Origin: Candidatus Peregrinibacteria bacterium
Lineage (GTDB): Bacteria > Patescibacteriota > Gracilibacteria > CAIRYL01
Assembly (NCBI GenBank): GCA_037138215.1
Contig: JBAXIU010000002.1
Coordinates: forward strand, 1-55,488
Reading direction: 5' to 3'
DNA length: 55,488 bases
The stretch's first letter is position 1; the number at the start of each line of letters is the position of its first letter. The position numbers and the translations under genes were made by a program. The notes beneath the pieces are model-generated. The model did not search any database. It was not told the origin of the DNA and saw only the letters and a program-made list of their open reading frames with translations. Shown one piece after another: positions 45,499 to 55,200 of this stretch.

Positions 45499-46092
45499 AT
45501 GTTCCTGAAACCCCTCATATCATCAAAAACGCGAATAAAATTATTAAATCTTTTTTTTGCAGAGCCGAAACGAGAAATTTTTGTGCGAGAACTCACCAGG
45601 CTTTTAGGAGAACAGATTAATTCAGTGAGAAGAGAACTCGAAAGTATGCAAAAATGGGGACTCTTTACATCCCGAACCAAAGATGGAAAAAAATATTTTG
45701 CACTCGACCAGAGTTTCCTTTTATACCCCGAACTCAAAAGGATGTTTGAAAAAGCAGATTCCCCAGCACTCAATATCGCAAAGTATCTCAAAAAAATAGG
45801 AAAAATTGATGTTCTCATTGTTTCGGGGATTTTTGTAGGGGCTCCAAACTCCCCCGTGGACCTTTTTATTGTGGGAAATGTTGACAAAGAAAAACTCAGT
45901 GAGTACATTGCACAGGAACTCAAAAGTGATGAGGAAATTCGGTTTGCGCTCATTTCCAAGTCAGACTTTCTCTACCGTCTCAAGTGCAAAGACAAAGTTC
46001 TTACCGAACTTCTGGCACAAGAGCAGAATGTTGTCCCCATTAATAAAATGACCAATGTGTTCGACCATGATTCTCTTATTTCTTCCGTATGA
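45499..46092 (+). CDS. winged-helix (ArsR-like) transcriptional regulator
   Basis: SKTRIKLLNLFFAEPKREIFVRELTRLLGEQINSVRRELESMQKWGLF is a wHTH pattern. Confidence 0.65.
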   Translation: MFLKPLISSKTRIKLLNLFFAEPKREIFVRELTRLLGEQINSVRRELESMQKWGLFTSRTKDGKKYFALDQSFLLYPELKRMFEKADSPALNIAKYLKKIGKIDVLIVSGIFVGAPNSPVDLFIVGNVDKEKLSEYIAQELKSDEEIRFALISKSDFLYRLKCKDKVLTELLAQEQNVVPINKMTNVFDHDSLISSV

Positions 46093-46595
46093 CCGTTACC
46101 ATTGAACAGCTCCGACACGAAGGGATTCGAACTTCCCTCCCCTCTTTTAGCTCGGGGCAAACCGTAAAAGTGCACTATCGTGTAAAAGAAGGAGAAAAAG
46201 AGCGAGTGCAAATATTTGAAGGACTCATTATCGCCGTAAACGGTGGAACAAGCCTTGCTTGCACTATTACCGTTCGAAAAATGAGTGGGAATATTGGTGT
46301 AGAACAAGGATTTCTGGTAAATTCTCCATCCATTGTAAAAATTGAGCTCATCAAGGAAGGAAAGGTTAGACGATCAAAAATCTATTACATGAGAGAACGA
46401 CAAGGAAAATCTGCACGATTAAAAGAACAATTTTATGGCGACGCAACCAGAAACAGCATGGAAAATACGGAAAAACAAGAAGCAGCAGCACTCCAATTAG
46501 CAGAAGAAGAGGCTCTCAGAGCAAGCGAAGAAAAAAAGAATGCTTCTACTCCTGAATCAGAAGAAACAACAACGCCTGAAGTGGAAGGAGAATAA
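46089..46595 (+). CDS. rplS: 50S ribosomal protein L19 with acidic C-terminal extension
   Basis: GQTVKVHYRVKEGEKERVQIFEGLIIAVNGG...ITVRKMSGNIGVEQGF..NSP....IELIKEGKVRRSKIYYMR. Confidence 0.9.
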   Translation: MTVTIEQLRHEGIRTSLPSFSSGQTVKVHYRVKEGEKERVQIFEGLIIAVNGGTSLACTITVRKMSGNIGVEQGFLVNSPSIVKIELIKEGKVRRSKIYYMRERQGKSARLKEQFYGDATRNSMENTEKQEAAALQLAEEEALRASEEKKNASTPESEETTTPEVEGE

Positions 46596-46677
46596 TCCTT
46601 CGTTTTTTTCATTCGTCCCTTTATCGAACATATTTGAGAAGGAGAAAATTTCTTCGCGTACTTTTTGTTTTAAAAAT

Positions 46678-47292
46678 ATGTTTACCGGAATTATTGAAAC
46701 CAGCACTCCGGTTTTAGAACGAAGCCATGATTCGTTAACGATTGTAAGACCAAAAGTTTTTGATGATCTGAGAAAAGGAATGTCCATTGCAATTAATGGT
46801 GCTTGTCTTTCTGTAGCCCATTTTGATGCAGAAAAAATACAATTTGATGTCCTTTCTGAAACTTTTCGGAAAACAAATTTAGGATCTGTTCAGGAGGTAA
46901 ATGTAGAGAGAGCGATGCCCGCCAATGGTCGATTTGAAGGACATATTGTTTTGGGCCATGTGGACGAAAGCACCATCCTCGTCGAAAAAAAACAGGAAGA
47001 ATCTGGCGTCGAGTATATTTTTGAACTCCCAAACGCGCAAAAAAAGAATGAAAATGCGAAATTTCAGAACCATATTCATTTTCTTATTGAGAAAGGAAGT
47101 ATAACGATGAATGGAACTTCGTTGACCATTGGAAAAATCACCGATAGTACATTTTCAGTATTTCTGATTCCAATAACCATGGAAGAAACAACCTTCGGAA
47201 AAATGAACGAGGGAGATCTGGTGAATATTGAATATGACTACCTCGCAAAAATCATCATACAATCGCAAATATTCCATACCGAAAAGCATTAA
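46678..47292 (+). CDS. ribE: riboflavin synthase alpha chain
   Basis: MFTGIIE start, GMSIAINGACLSV, and the second lumazine-binding repeat GSITMNGTSLTI. Confidence 0.85.
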   Translation: MFTGIIETSTPVLERSHDSLTIVRPKVFDDLRKGMSIAINGACLSVAHFDAEKIQFDVLSETFRKTNLGSVQEVNVERAMPANGRFEGHIVLGHVDESTILVEKKQEESGVEYIFELPNAQKKNENAKFQNHIHFLIEKGSITMNGTSLTIGKITDSTFSVFLIPITMEETTFGKMNEGDLVNIEYDYLAKIIIQSQIFHTEKH

Positions 47293-47312
47293 AAGTGAGA
47301 ATAAAAACAAAA

Positions 47313-47346
47313 AGAGCAGAAAGAAAATTCTTTCTGCTCTTTTTTA
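47313..47346. terminator. bidirectional rho-independent terminator
   Basis: Perfect 11-bp stem AGAGCAGAAAG / CTTTCTGCTCT with a 6-nt loop. It is followed by T5 and preceded by an A-run, and lies between convergent genes. Confidence 0.8.
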
Positions 47347-47363
47347 AAATAAAACAAATGTGT

Positions 47364-47771
47364 TTATCTTTTTACAGGAGTCACAGTAGGTTTAGCGTTC
47401 ATCTCTACATTTCCGTCCTGAACTTTTATATTCCCATTAGGACCTTTCATTTCTACATTCCCATCTTCAACCTTTACCATCCCTTCTGGTCCATTCATCA
47501 TTACATTTCCATTTTCAACCTTTACACTTCCTGGCATTACCGCCGCAGGAGGCATCATTAATCCATCATTCACCATTGTCGTCGGCATAGCAACCGGTGG
47601 CATAGAGGGAACAGTAGGCATAACCGCAGCATCTATAAATCCAGGGATAGAGGTGGGCATAACTGCAACCTTTGGTGTGGCAGTAGGGGCGGCAACATCA
47701 TCGCCATCGCGAGTACATCCGGACAAAAGAACAATGGACAAGAGTCCAGCGAGCAAAAGAGACTTCTTCAT
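47364..47771 (-). CDS. lipoprotein with short DGNVEM-type repeats
   Basis: MKKSLLLAGLLSIVLLSGC is a signal peptide plus lipobox. The repeats are VKVENGNVMMNGPEG / VKVEDGNVEMKGPNG / IKVQDGNVEMN. Confidence 0.7.
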   Translation of the reverse strand: MKKSLLLAGLLSIVLLSGCTRDGDDVAAPTATPKVAVMPTSIPGFIDAAVMPTVPSMPPVAMPTTMVNDGLMMPPAAVMPGSVKVENGNVMMNGPEGMVKVEDGNVEMKGPNGNIKVQDGNVEMNAKPTVTPVKR

Positions 47772-47928
47772 AAAAAAAGAAAAAAGAACCCTATTATACT
47801 ACTGAAAAAAAGGGGGGAATGTCAATTTTTGCTGCTTCCCTTTCTGGTAGCATTTCGGTACCATGCAGGCATCTTCTTCAACACTCTCCTTCTCCAAGGA
47901 GTGAAAAAGATAACTTTTTCCGTTCTGT

Positions 47929-49182
47929 ATGATAAAATCACTCTTGAAAAATATTATACTCTCACTCCTCCTTTTCCGGGCACAAAAAGTGCTGGACCAT
48001 GGAGCAGAAATCATTGCCATTACCGGTTCCATGGGGAAAACCACCACCAAAAATCTCCTCTCTGCGCTATTGGCAGAAAAATATGAAGTCCTCTCTTCCC
48101 GTGAAGGCTTTAATACTCCCATAGGTATTGCACTCAGCCTAGTGCAAGAAGGGAGTTCTGGATTTTCCTCTCCTTCAAAATGGATGAAAATTTTGTGGAA
48201 AACCTATACTAAAACACTCCCAAAACCCCAAAAAATCGTTTTGGAATTTGGAGTAGACCAACGGGGTGATATGGATGAACTCCTCGCCATTGCGCACCCA
48301 AAAATTGCAATCGTTACCAATATCGCGCCCGTACACCTTGGAAAAGGGCATTTTAGAAATGTCCGGGAAATCCTTCACGAAAAAGCAAAACTCCCCCTTG
48401 CCATTCCTTCTTCTGGGATGTGCCTTATAAATGGAGAAGACGAAAACCTTCAAACCCTTAAAGATCAGGATATTTCTAAAATCGTATGGTATGGAAAAAG
48501 CTCAGAATACGAAGCGCAGTGCATTGATGTTCGACACGAACCCACCGGAATTTCCTTTGTATACGCCTCCAACGGCGAGAGATTGGAATTTTTTCTTCCC
48601 GTTATTGGTTCTTTTTTTGCAGAACTCGCAACGCCCGTTATTTTTTTAGCGCGCAAATATGGTATTTCTCCCGAAAAAATAGAAACCGTTTTTAAAAGTT
48701 TCCTCCCTTCTCCGGGTCGCGGACGCATTTTAAAGGGAAAAAAAGAATCAATTCTCTGGGACCAATCGTATAATTCCAATCCTAAAGCGGTTTTTTCAGC
48801 GTTAGAAGATTTAAAAAATGTTCCCGCGAGCAGAAAAATTGTACTCCTGGGAAGCATGAACGAACTCGGCGAAGAATCGAGCGCCTTCCACGAAGAATTA
48901 GGAGAGAAAGCAGGCGAGACCGCAGACCTTATTCTTTTTGTGGGATCACACGGATTAAGCGTTGGAAAAGGAGCAGAAAAATCAGGAAAAAATATTACAC
49001 TCTTTCACACGGCTCAAGACGCAGGAAAACATCTGGCAGACATTTTGCAAGAGGGTGATTTTATCCTCATAAAAGGATCCCAAGGGGGAATATTTTTAGA
49101 GCGAGCCGTGGAATTATTACTCGAAAACCCCGAAGATGAGAGGCTTTTATGCCGACGGGGAGAAGAATGGAAAGACCTTTAG
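47929..49182 (+). CDS. Mur ligase family protein (MurF-like, lacking the usual N-terminal domain)
   Basis: The P-loop IAITGSMGKTTTKNLL lies about 30 aa from the start. The central and C-terminal Mur ligase domains are present (GSMNELG, IKGSQG). Confidence 0.7.
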   Translation: MIKSLLKNIILSLLLFRAQKVLDHGAEIIAITGSMGKTTTKNLLSALLAEKYEVLSSREGFNTPIGIALSLVQEGSSGFSSPSKWMKILWKTYTKTLPKPQKIVLEFGVDQRGDMDELLAIAHPKIAIVTNIAPVHLGKGHFRNVREILHEKAKLPLAIPSSGMCLINGEDENLQTLKDQDISKIVWYGKSSEYEAQCIDVRHEPTGISFVYASNGERLEFFLPVIGSFFAELATPVIFLARKYGISPEKIETVFKSFLPSPGRGRILKGKKESILWDQSYNSNPKAVFSALEDLKNVPASRKIVLLGSMNELGEESSAFHEELGEKAGETADLILFVGSHGLSVGKGAEKSGKNITLFHTAQDAGKHLADILQEGDFILIKGSQGGIFLERAVELLLENPEDERLLCRRGEEWKDL

Positions 49183-49243
49183 CAGAGCCTTTTTAACGAA
49201 TGCTAAAAATCCCAATATTCTCAAAAAATTTTTTCAACAATAC

Positions 49244-49450
49244 TTATCGTCCTCTTCCGGCTGCTCGTCCTGGGCGTTGTCGGTTGTTGATAGTTTTTCC
49301 AGGTGCGCCCTTAAAGGAACTGGATCCGCCAAAACTATATTTCTGCTGAGGAACAAACGGCTTTACGACTGGAAGCCCTTTTGGTTTTTCTACACCATCT
49401 TTTTTTTCTTTCTCTTCGTCCAATTCTTGTCCAGTAGTGGTATCAGTCAT
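49244..49450 (-). CDS. small hypothetical protein, acidic N-terminus and basic Gly/Arg C-terminus
   Basis: 68-aa ORF filling the murF-xth gap. No motif recognised. Confidence 0.35.
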   Translation of the reverse strand: MTDTTTGQELDEEKEKKDGVEKPKGLPVVKPFVPQQKYSFGGSSSFKGAPGKTINNRQRPGRAAGRGR

Positions 49451-49607
49451 AGAGAATAATAAAAGGTATTTTTAGTGTATAACAACGCGGTACAGATGCA
49501 ATGGGAATGCAAAAAAAGGGCATTCCTCCTTCTCTCTTTCACCATAAAACGATAGAATTTTTTAGGAGAGCAGTCCTTTGCTCCCCAACAACATTTTTTT
49601 AAAAGCC

Positions 49608-50507
49608 ATGCGCATCATCTCCTGGAATGTAAACGGTATTCGTGCCGTACAAAAAAAAGGCGAACTAGAAAAAGTTTTATCCCTCTATAATCCCGATATT
49701 CTCCTGTTGCAAGAAATTAAATCTCAGCCAGAACAGCTAAAAGAACTCCATGAAAAATATCCAGAATATACGCAGTTTTACCACTCTGCTGAAAAACCGG
49801 GATATGCGGGCACGGCCATTTGGGTAAAACTCCCCCAACCCGCTTATCAGTTGGGTAGTAACGGCGAGGAGAGTGAAATTTACTCTTCTGTTTTTCCCGT
49901 TTCCGGCATTCAAAAAGCTATTCCATTCCATAATGAACCAGATCTTTTTTCTGTCACGACAGAACAAAAAGACCCCATTTTTCATAGTGGAATGCCAAAT
50001 TTTGAAGATACCGAAGGGCGTATTGCCCGGGTAGATATCGGAGGAATAACGGTTTTAGGAATATATTTCCCCAATGGCGGAAAATCATCTGAAGCATGGG
50101 ACGGGAAAATTTTGTTTTACGACCAATTTTTGGAGTATGTGAATACTTTACGAAAACAGGGGCGAAAAGTAATTTGGGGAGGTGATATAAACTGCGCTCA
50201 TGAAGAAATTGACCTGGCGCGTCCGAAAGAAAACATGGAATCGATTGGATTTTTACCGCAAGAACGGGCATGGGTAAGCCGAGTTATTGCCGAAGGTTGG
50301 AGCGATATTTTTCGAAAAAAGTATCCTGAAAAAGTAGCATATTCGTGGTGGCATGTGATTACCAAGGCACGAGAGCGCAATATTGGCTGGCGCATTGACA
50401 GTTTTTTTGTAGACCAATTCCTGTTCCAAGATGTGACACGCATTGAATATCTCTCTCCCCAAATGGGATCTGACCATTGCCCGATACTATTAGAAATGGA
50501 GGTTTAA
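49608..50507 (+). CDS. xth: exodeoxyribonuclease III
   Basis: MRIISWNVNGIRA, LLLQEIK, GGDINCAH, WRIDSFF and SDHCPI motifs. It appears to carry an insertion of roughly 30 aa relative to typical ExoIII. Confidence 0.85.
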   Translation: MRIISWNVNGIRAVQKKGELEKVLSLYNPDILLLQEIKSQPEQLKELHEKYPEYTQFYHSAEKPGYAGTAIWVKLPQPAYQLGSNGEESEIYSSVFPVSGIQKAIPFHNEPDLFSVTTEQKDPIFHSGMPNFEDTEGRIARVDIGGITVLGIYFPNGGKSSEAWDGKILFYDQFLEYVNTLRKQGRKVIWGGDINCAHEEIDLARPKENMESIGFLPQERAWVSRVIAEGWSDIFRKKYPEKVAYSWWHVITKARERNIGWRIDSFFVDQFLFQDVTRIEYLSPQMGSDHCPILLEMEV

Positions 50508-51226
50508 AAAAACAAATTTTCAACCTTGACGAATGGGAAACAAAAGCAGTAAATTCTGGCACCTTTTGTATTTCTTTTCGCCATCTGAATTTTTTCCAAA
50601 ACCTTTTTACGGGCAAACAATCTCTGGAAAATCTACAAAATGCAGATGAGAACACCCTTGCTAGAGAATCACAAAAAGGAAACACCGAAGCATTTGAAAT
50701 CCTGAGCGAGCGAACTATATCCCGCGTATTTTTGTATTTTTCTCGTCGACTAGATGACCATGAAGTCTGTGAAGACCTCACCAGTGAAACCCTCTGGAAA
50801 ATTCTTAATTCTCTAGACAAATGGTCTGGAGATGAAAATTTTTATGCCTGGGGCTACACCATTGCCAAATATTCGTTATACGATTTTTTACGAGAAAAAT
50901 ACAAAAACCAAAAAATTTCGTTTTCTGAAATGGGGGAAGAGGCCGAAAACCTTACCGTTCCTGAGGAAGAAGAGCGAAATAATGCGGACGACTTTGAAAA
51001 AGAAAGTCTCCTCAATACGCTTTTAGAAATTTTGCCAGTTCAACACCAAAATGTTTTACGGCTTCGATATCTTCAAGGGTATACTCAAGAAGCAGTGGCA
51101 CAAGAACTGGGATTAAGCCTTGCCAATGTAAAGGTCATTCAGCACCGTTCATTGCAAAAAATTCGGAATAAAAACCCCGATTTCCAATTTTTTTTAAAAA
51201 AGTGTAACCCTCTTACGACTATATAG
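50477..51226 (+). CDS. ECF-type sigma-70 family RNA polymerase sigma factor
   Basis: Region 2 is KGNTEAFEILSERTISRVFLYFSRRL...DLTSETLWK. Region 4 is LRLRYLQGYTQEAVAQELGLSLANVKVIQHRSLQKIR. The only in-frame start overlaps the xth 3' end. Confidence 0.75.
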   Translation: MPDTIRNGGLKKQIFNLDEWETKAVNSGTFCISFRHLNFFQNLFTGKQSLENLQNADENTLARESQKGNTEAFEILSERTISRVFLYFSRRLDDHEVCEDLTSETLWKILNSLDKWSGDENFYAWGYTIAKYSLYDFLREKYKNQKISFSEMGEEAENLTVPEEEERNNADDFEKESLLNTLLEILPVQHQNVLRLRYLQGYTQEAVAQELGLSLANVKVIQHRSLQKIRNKNPDFQFFLKKCNPLTTI

Positions 51227-51233
51227 ATGCACA
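51195..51233 (+). repeat. copy 1 of conserved ~40-nt element (TA6GTGTAACCCTCTTACGACTATATAGATGCACA)
   Basis: It matches 52082-52121 at about 34-35 of 39 aligned positions with a 1-nt A-run indel. It spans the sigma gene's last codons, its stop, and the anti-sigma ATG. Confidence 0.7.
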
Positions 51234-51589
51234 TGAAAAAAGATTTCTCCACTCCCCGGCCAGAATTTGTAGCAGATCTCAAAAAGAATCTGCTAAAATC
51301 ATACGACGCACAGTACGGGAAACCGGCGCCCATGCGGCGTATTATCAAAAAAACTTGGGGCAGTGTTCTCTTTTGGAGGTTTTTTGGAGCGATGTCTTTT
51401 GCTGCCGTAGCGTTTTTACTGGTATTCCCCCAACGCGCGCCATCCAACATCCCCATAGAAAAAGTTCGTCGAACCGCATATTCGTATGTCATCACTTCTG
51501 ATTCTCTTATGGAGCAAGAAAAAATTATGCAATCGCTCATCCAAGAAGAAAAAGACTACCCAGAACTCTACAAAAATCCCACCTCGTAA
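51227..51589 (+). CDS. single-pass membrane protein, putative anti-sigma factor
   Basis: It starts immediately after the sigma gene stop. It has one TM segment (WGSVLFWRFFGAMSFAAVAFLLVF). The call is positional. Confidence 0.45.
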   Translation: MHMKKDFSTPRPEFVADLKKNLLKSYDAQYGKPAPMRRIIKKTWGSVLFWRFFGAMSFAAVAFLLVFPQRAPSNIPIEKVRRTAYSYVITSDSLMEQEKIMQSLIQEEKDYPELYKNPTS

Positions 51590-51607
51590 TCTTTCCCCTT
51601 TTTATTC

Positions 51608-52084
51608 ATGAAACAACTGTTTTTCTCGCTCGGTTTTATTCTCCTCTTTTGCACCCTCTCTCCTGTTTTTGCAGATTTTTCTTCGGTGGAAGAAGAAAAT
51701 GTATTCTTACAGATCACCAATCTTTTACCTTCTGGCTATAAAGAGAGCTTTTTAGGAGAATATCAAACCCTCCAATCGGATGCCGCATCAGGGGCTATTT
51801 CCGAAAGAAAAGCGCAACAAGAATGGAAAATTCTCCGTACCAAAGTTATCGGCATTTATCGCGTAAACCTGTTGCGCCAAGCCCAGCAAAATACAGAACT
51901 GGCTACCGTATGGGCAGGAACTTATGAATCATATACCGAAGAATTAGGGAGAATATCATTATTGCTCGATCAAGCGGAAACAAACTTTCTCCAGGAATAT
52001 TTTGGAAACGCCGAAAAAAAGCTCTCGAGTGCCAAAAATAGGCTCCAAAACATTAATCAATCCGTTCAAAAAACTAAAAACTAA
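51608..52084 (+). CDS. secreted helical protein
   Basis: Signal peptide MKQLFFSLGFILLFCTLSPVFA, followed by a helical, charged sequence. Confidence 0.55.
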   Translation: MKQLFFSLGFILLFCTLSPVFADFSSVEEENVFLQITNLLPSGYKESFLGEYQTLQSDAASGAISERKAQQEWKILRTKVIGIYRVNLLRQAQQNTELATVWAGTYESYTEELGRISLLLDQAETNFLQEYFGNAEKKLSSAKNRLQNINQSVQKTKN

Positions 52085-52121
52085 AAAAAGTGTAACCCTG
52101 TTACGACTATACAGGTGTACA
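52082..52121 (+). repeat. copy 2 of conserved ~40-nt element (TA7GTGTAACCCTGTTACGACTATACAGGTGTACA)
   Basis: It contains the inverted repeat GTAAC-CCT-GTTAC. It lies about 110 nt upstream of the giant secreted protein gene. The hairpin GGGCATAA-AGCG-TTATGCCC (52174-52193) follows it. Confidence 0.7.
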
Positions 52122-52232
52122 GCTTTTTTCTTTTTTATGAACAGCCCATAATTATTGTTTTCCTTCGTTTATTGGGCATAAAGCGTTATGCCCCTCCCCA
52201 TTTTTTGTTTTGTATTCCTTTTTCCATTCTTT

Positions 52233-55200
52233 ATGAAGCGCTTGCTTTTTTCTTTTCTCCTCCTGTTGGGAGGCATTGGGACCTTTTCTGTTCCACAATC
52301 TGCTGAGGCACTCAGCCCTGTTCCTTTTCAGGAACCATCCATTACCATTTCCGCACAAGAAACGGACCCAGGAAAATTTACCGTTTCCCCCGGAGACGAA
52401 GTGACCGTTACGCTTACGCAAGCCAACACGACCAGCGATAAAGGAAAACTTCTCCACCAAATTCCTGCATTTTTCAGTAATATTCACATCCAGTCCAATT
52501 CTGGCATTTCATTCGCGGCTACAGCAGCTGTGGCACGAAAAAATAATACCTGTTTTTTTGACAATAACGCCTACAAGCCAAGTATTTCGTGTTATTCATT
52601 CCCAAAAAATGCCATCATTTCTTATACCGCAACCATTTCAGAAAGCTACTCTTCAACCGTTTCTGCACTGTACACCAAAGTACTCTACCAAAACCAAAAT
52701 GGAAGAAGTGTAACCATTAAGGATAGAAAAATAATAAAAGTGGACGATTTTTGGAACGACAACGAAGATGAAGACTGTGCATTTAGCGTATCCACGGGAG
52801 AAGTGACCAGAAAATGTAATAACCCTCCGGCAGTAGATTGGAAAGCACAACGGAGATGCCACACAACGGGAGGATGCGGATGGACACGACCAACGCCAAG
52901 CGTTACTCCGACTCCAAGTCCTACTCCAAATAATTGTGCCTCCGAAGGACAAGTAACCAATCTCACCATCCCCAATTCCACTCCTTGTTGCCCCAATCTT
53001 TCTTCGTTTTATTTAGGACAACCAGGAATGACAGGATCCAGTAGCCTTTGTTATTCGCCCTCTCAAGGAATACCCACTTGTAGCAAAAAGGGAACGGCAC
53101 AAGAAGGATGGTATTATGCCAATGGAAAGCTCTTGAGTGTACAAAAATGTGATTTCCAAACGACAGTAAGTCCTACTCTTTCTGTTTCCACCACGCAAAA
53201 AACTGTTGTTCAAGGTGAAGACCTTAATTTTTCTTGGACTATTTCTAATTTACCCAGTAATGCGAGAGTAGGATTTGCGTTGGTAAATACACAAACTGGA
53301 AAATCTGTAGTCTTTGGAGGAGGAGCAATTAATAGTGCAAGTTCTAAACTTACCATATGTGCTAACTGTGACGAAATGACCCCAGCTCCAGGACAATATA
53401 AAATTGTCGCAGACATTTACTATGTTCCCCCATATGTTTCTAATGTGGTAATAACTGCCGAAAGTAGCGTGTTTACTATTATTGCACCACCAAAAGATTC
53501 TGCACTTACCGTTTCTCTTTCCCCATCTTCCCCTTCTGCAACTTCTGTTCCTTGTAATGCGCAGTCTGTCCCTTTTGTAAAATACAACCTTACCGCTGGA
53601 AGCAGAGATGCAATGGTATCTCTTATCTTTTTTATGCGTTCTGGACTCGGATCAAACGATGATTTTTCTCAAGTGTGGGTTGAAGATGAAGCGGGAGTCC
53701 GACTTTCAAACCCCCAAGCCGTTGAGATTGATGGTAGCGTTGGCATTAAATTCAATACGCCGTTAATAATAAAAAAAGGTCAAACACGAACTATTTCTGT
53801 AGTAGCAAAATTAAAAGCGTTTAACGATGTAAATAACGACGGTATAAAACAAGCAACAGAAAGTTGTTATGCGGGAAGATCCAATGCCTTTGGAATTTCT
53901 TTTGCTGTACATATTACAACCGATGGCACAATATCAGGGGCATTTCCTATTGTAGGAGCGCGAATGCAAATCGTTGACGCTCCCTTGACCGTTTCTACGC
54001 TTAAATTTTATTACGACGGAGAACAGACCCCCACTTTTTCAACAGAAAATATTTCTCAAGAAAACGCTCTTAATTTTTGTATCGACAAACATAACAATAA
54101 TCCCACCAGATCAATTAAATGTACTTGGAATGGAAATGAAATTTACTCGTTTACTCCTTCTTCATCTCCTACAGCAACCATTTCTCCATCTACAGGAGCA
54201 GCCCCTCTAAATGTTACCTTTACTCTTTTTGCACAAGATAATACTGGTACTAATGGAGTAAACTATTGGGCCGACTTTGGAGATGGATCTGCACGAATGT
54301 TCTCTCGCTTAAATGGTGGAGTTGTTCAATCCTATATCTACACGACCCCCGGGACATATACTGCAAAAATTATGCGTTACTCTGGATGTACTTATTCGCC
54401 CAGCACCTCTTGGGTTTGCTCGCAAAGCCCTACTGTTGTGGCACAATCTCTTATTACTGTAAATGCAGTTCCTACTTCTCCTTTTACCGTTCTTTCTCCC
54501 AACGGAGGGGAAACTTATAAAGTAGGAGATCGGGTTGTAATTCGTACTCAGTCTCCAAGTTTGGAAGCAGGGAAAACGCTCAAGTATGTCCTTATTCAAG
54601 ACCGCGATGGAAACGGAACATACGAATCACGAGCACAAATGAATGTGGAAAATAATTCTGACGGAACTGTTTCATGGATTATTCCCGATATGATTGGAGG
54701 AACTGGCACCGTTGGCACCCTCAATAAGTTTTCTTTTGAAGTTTTTAATAGCGCAACCGGTGCATTTACGCCAATGGATACCAGTGACGGTAATTTTACC
54801 ATTACCGAAGCAACTGCTCCAAAAGGCATTTACAAAGGGTACCTCAACGGAAGCACCTCTCCGTTTATTACCACGGCAAGTATTTCTCAATCAGATGCTC
54901 TCGCAAATTGTCAGTTAAATCATAACAGCAATCCTACAAAGTCTATTCGGTGTACTTGGAACGAAACGGAGATTTATTCGTTTACTCCTCAAACTACCAC
55001 TACCCTACAAGAAGCCATTGCATTTGGTGTATATGAAGGTCTGGGACAAAAAAGTAGTTATATGAATCATCCTGAACAAACCGTGTATTTAGCAATTCCT
55101 GCCTCTGCACAAGGAAAAGTCCTCGTTCTTACGGCTTATGAGCCCATAAACTGGATCCTTCGAAACCCAAGCAACATCACTCCTACAAAAATTGTTACCA

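Noticed and set aside
45372-45959. 195-aa minus-strand ORF
   Set aside because: It overlaps the + strand wHTH regulator, which has a recognisable HTH and is coupled to rplS. The minus-strand product is S/L-rich with no motif.
50526-50561. TTGACG-18 nt-TAAATT promoter-like pair inside the sigma ORF 5' region
   Set aside because: No in-frame start codon exists downstream of it before sigma region 2. The ATG at 50477 must therefore be used, and the match is probably fortuitous.
51202-51218. Reading TGTAAC...CGAC as an ECF (SigX-type) -35/-10 pair
   Set aside because: The hexamers resemble the TGTAAC-N17-CGAC consensus, but the spacer here is only 7 nt. The standard promoter geometry therefore does not fit.
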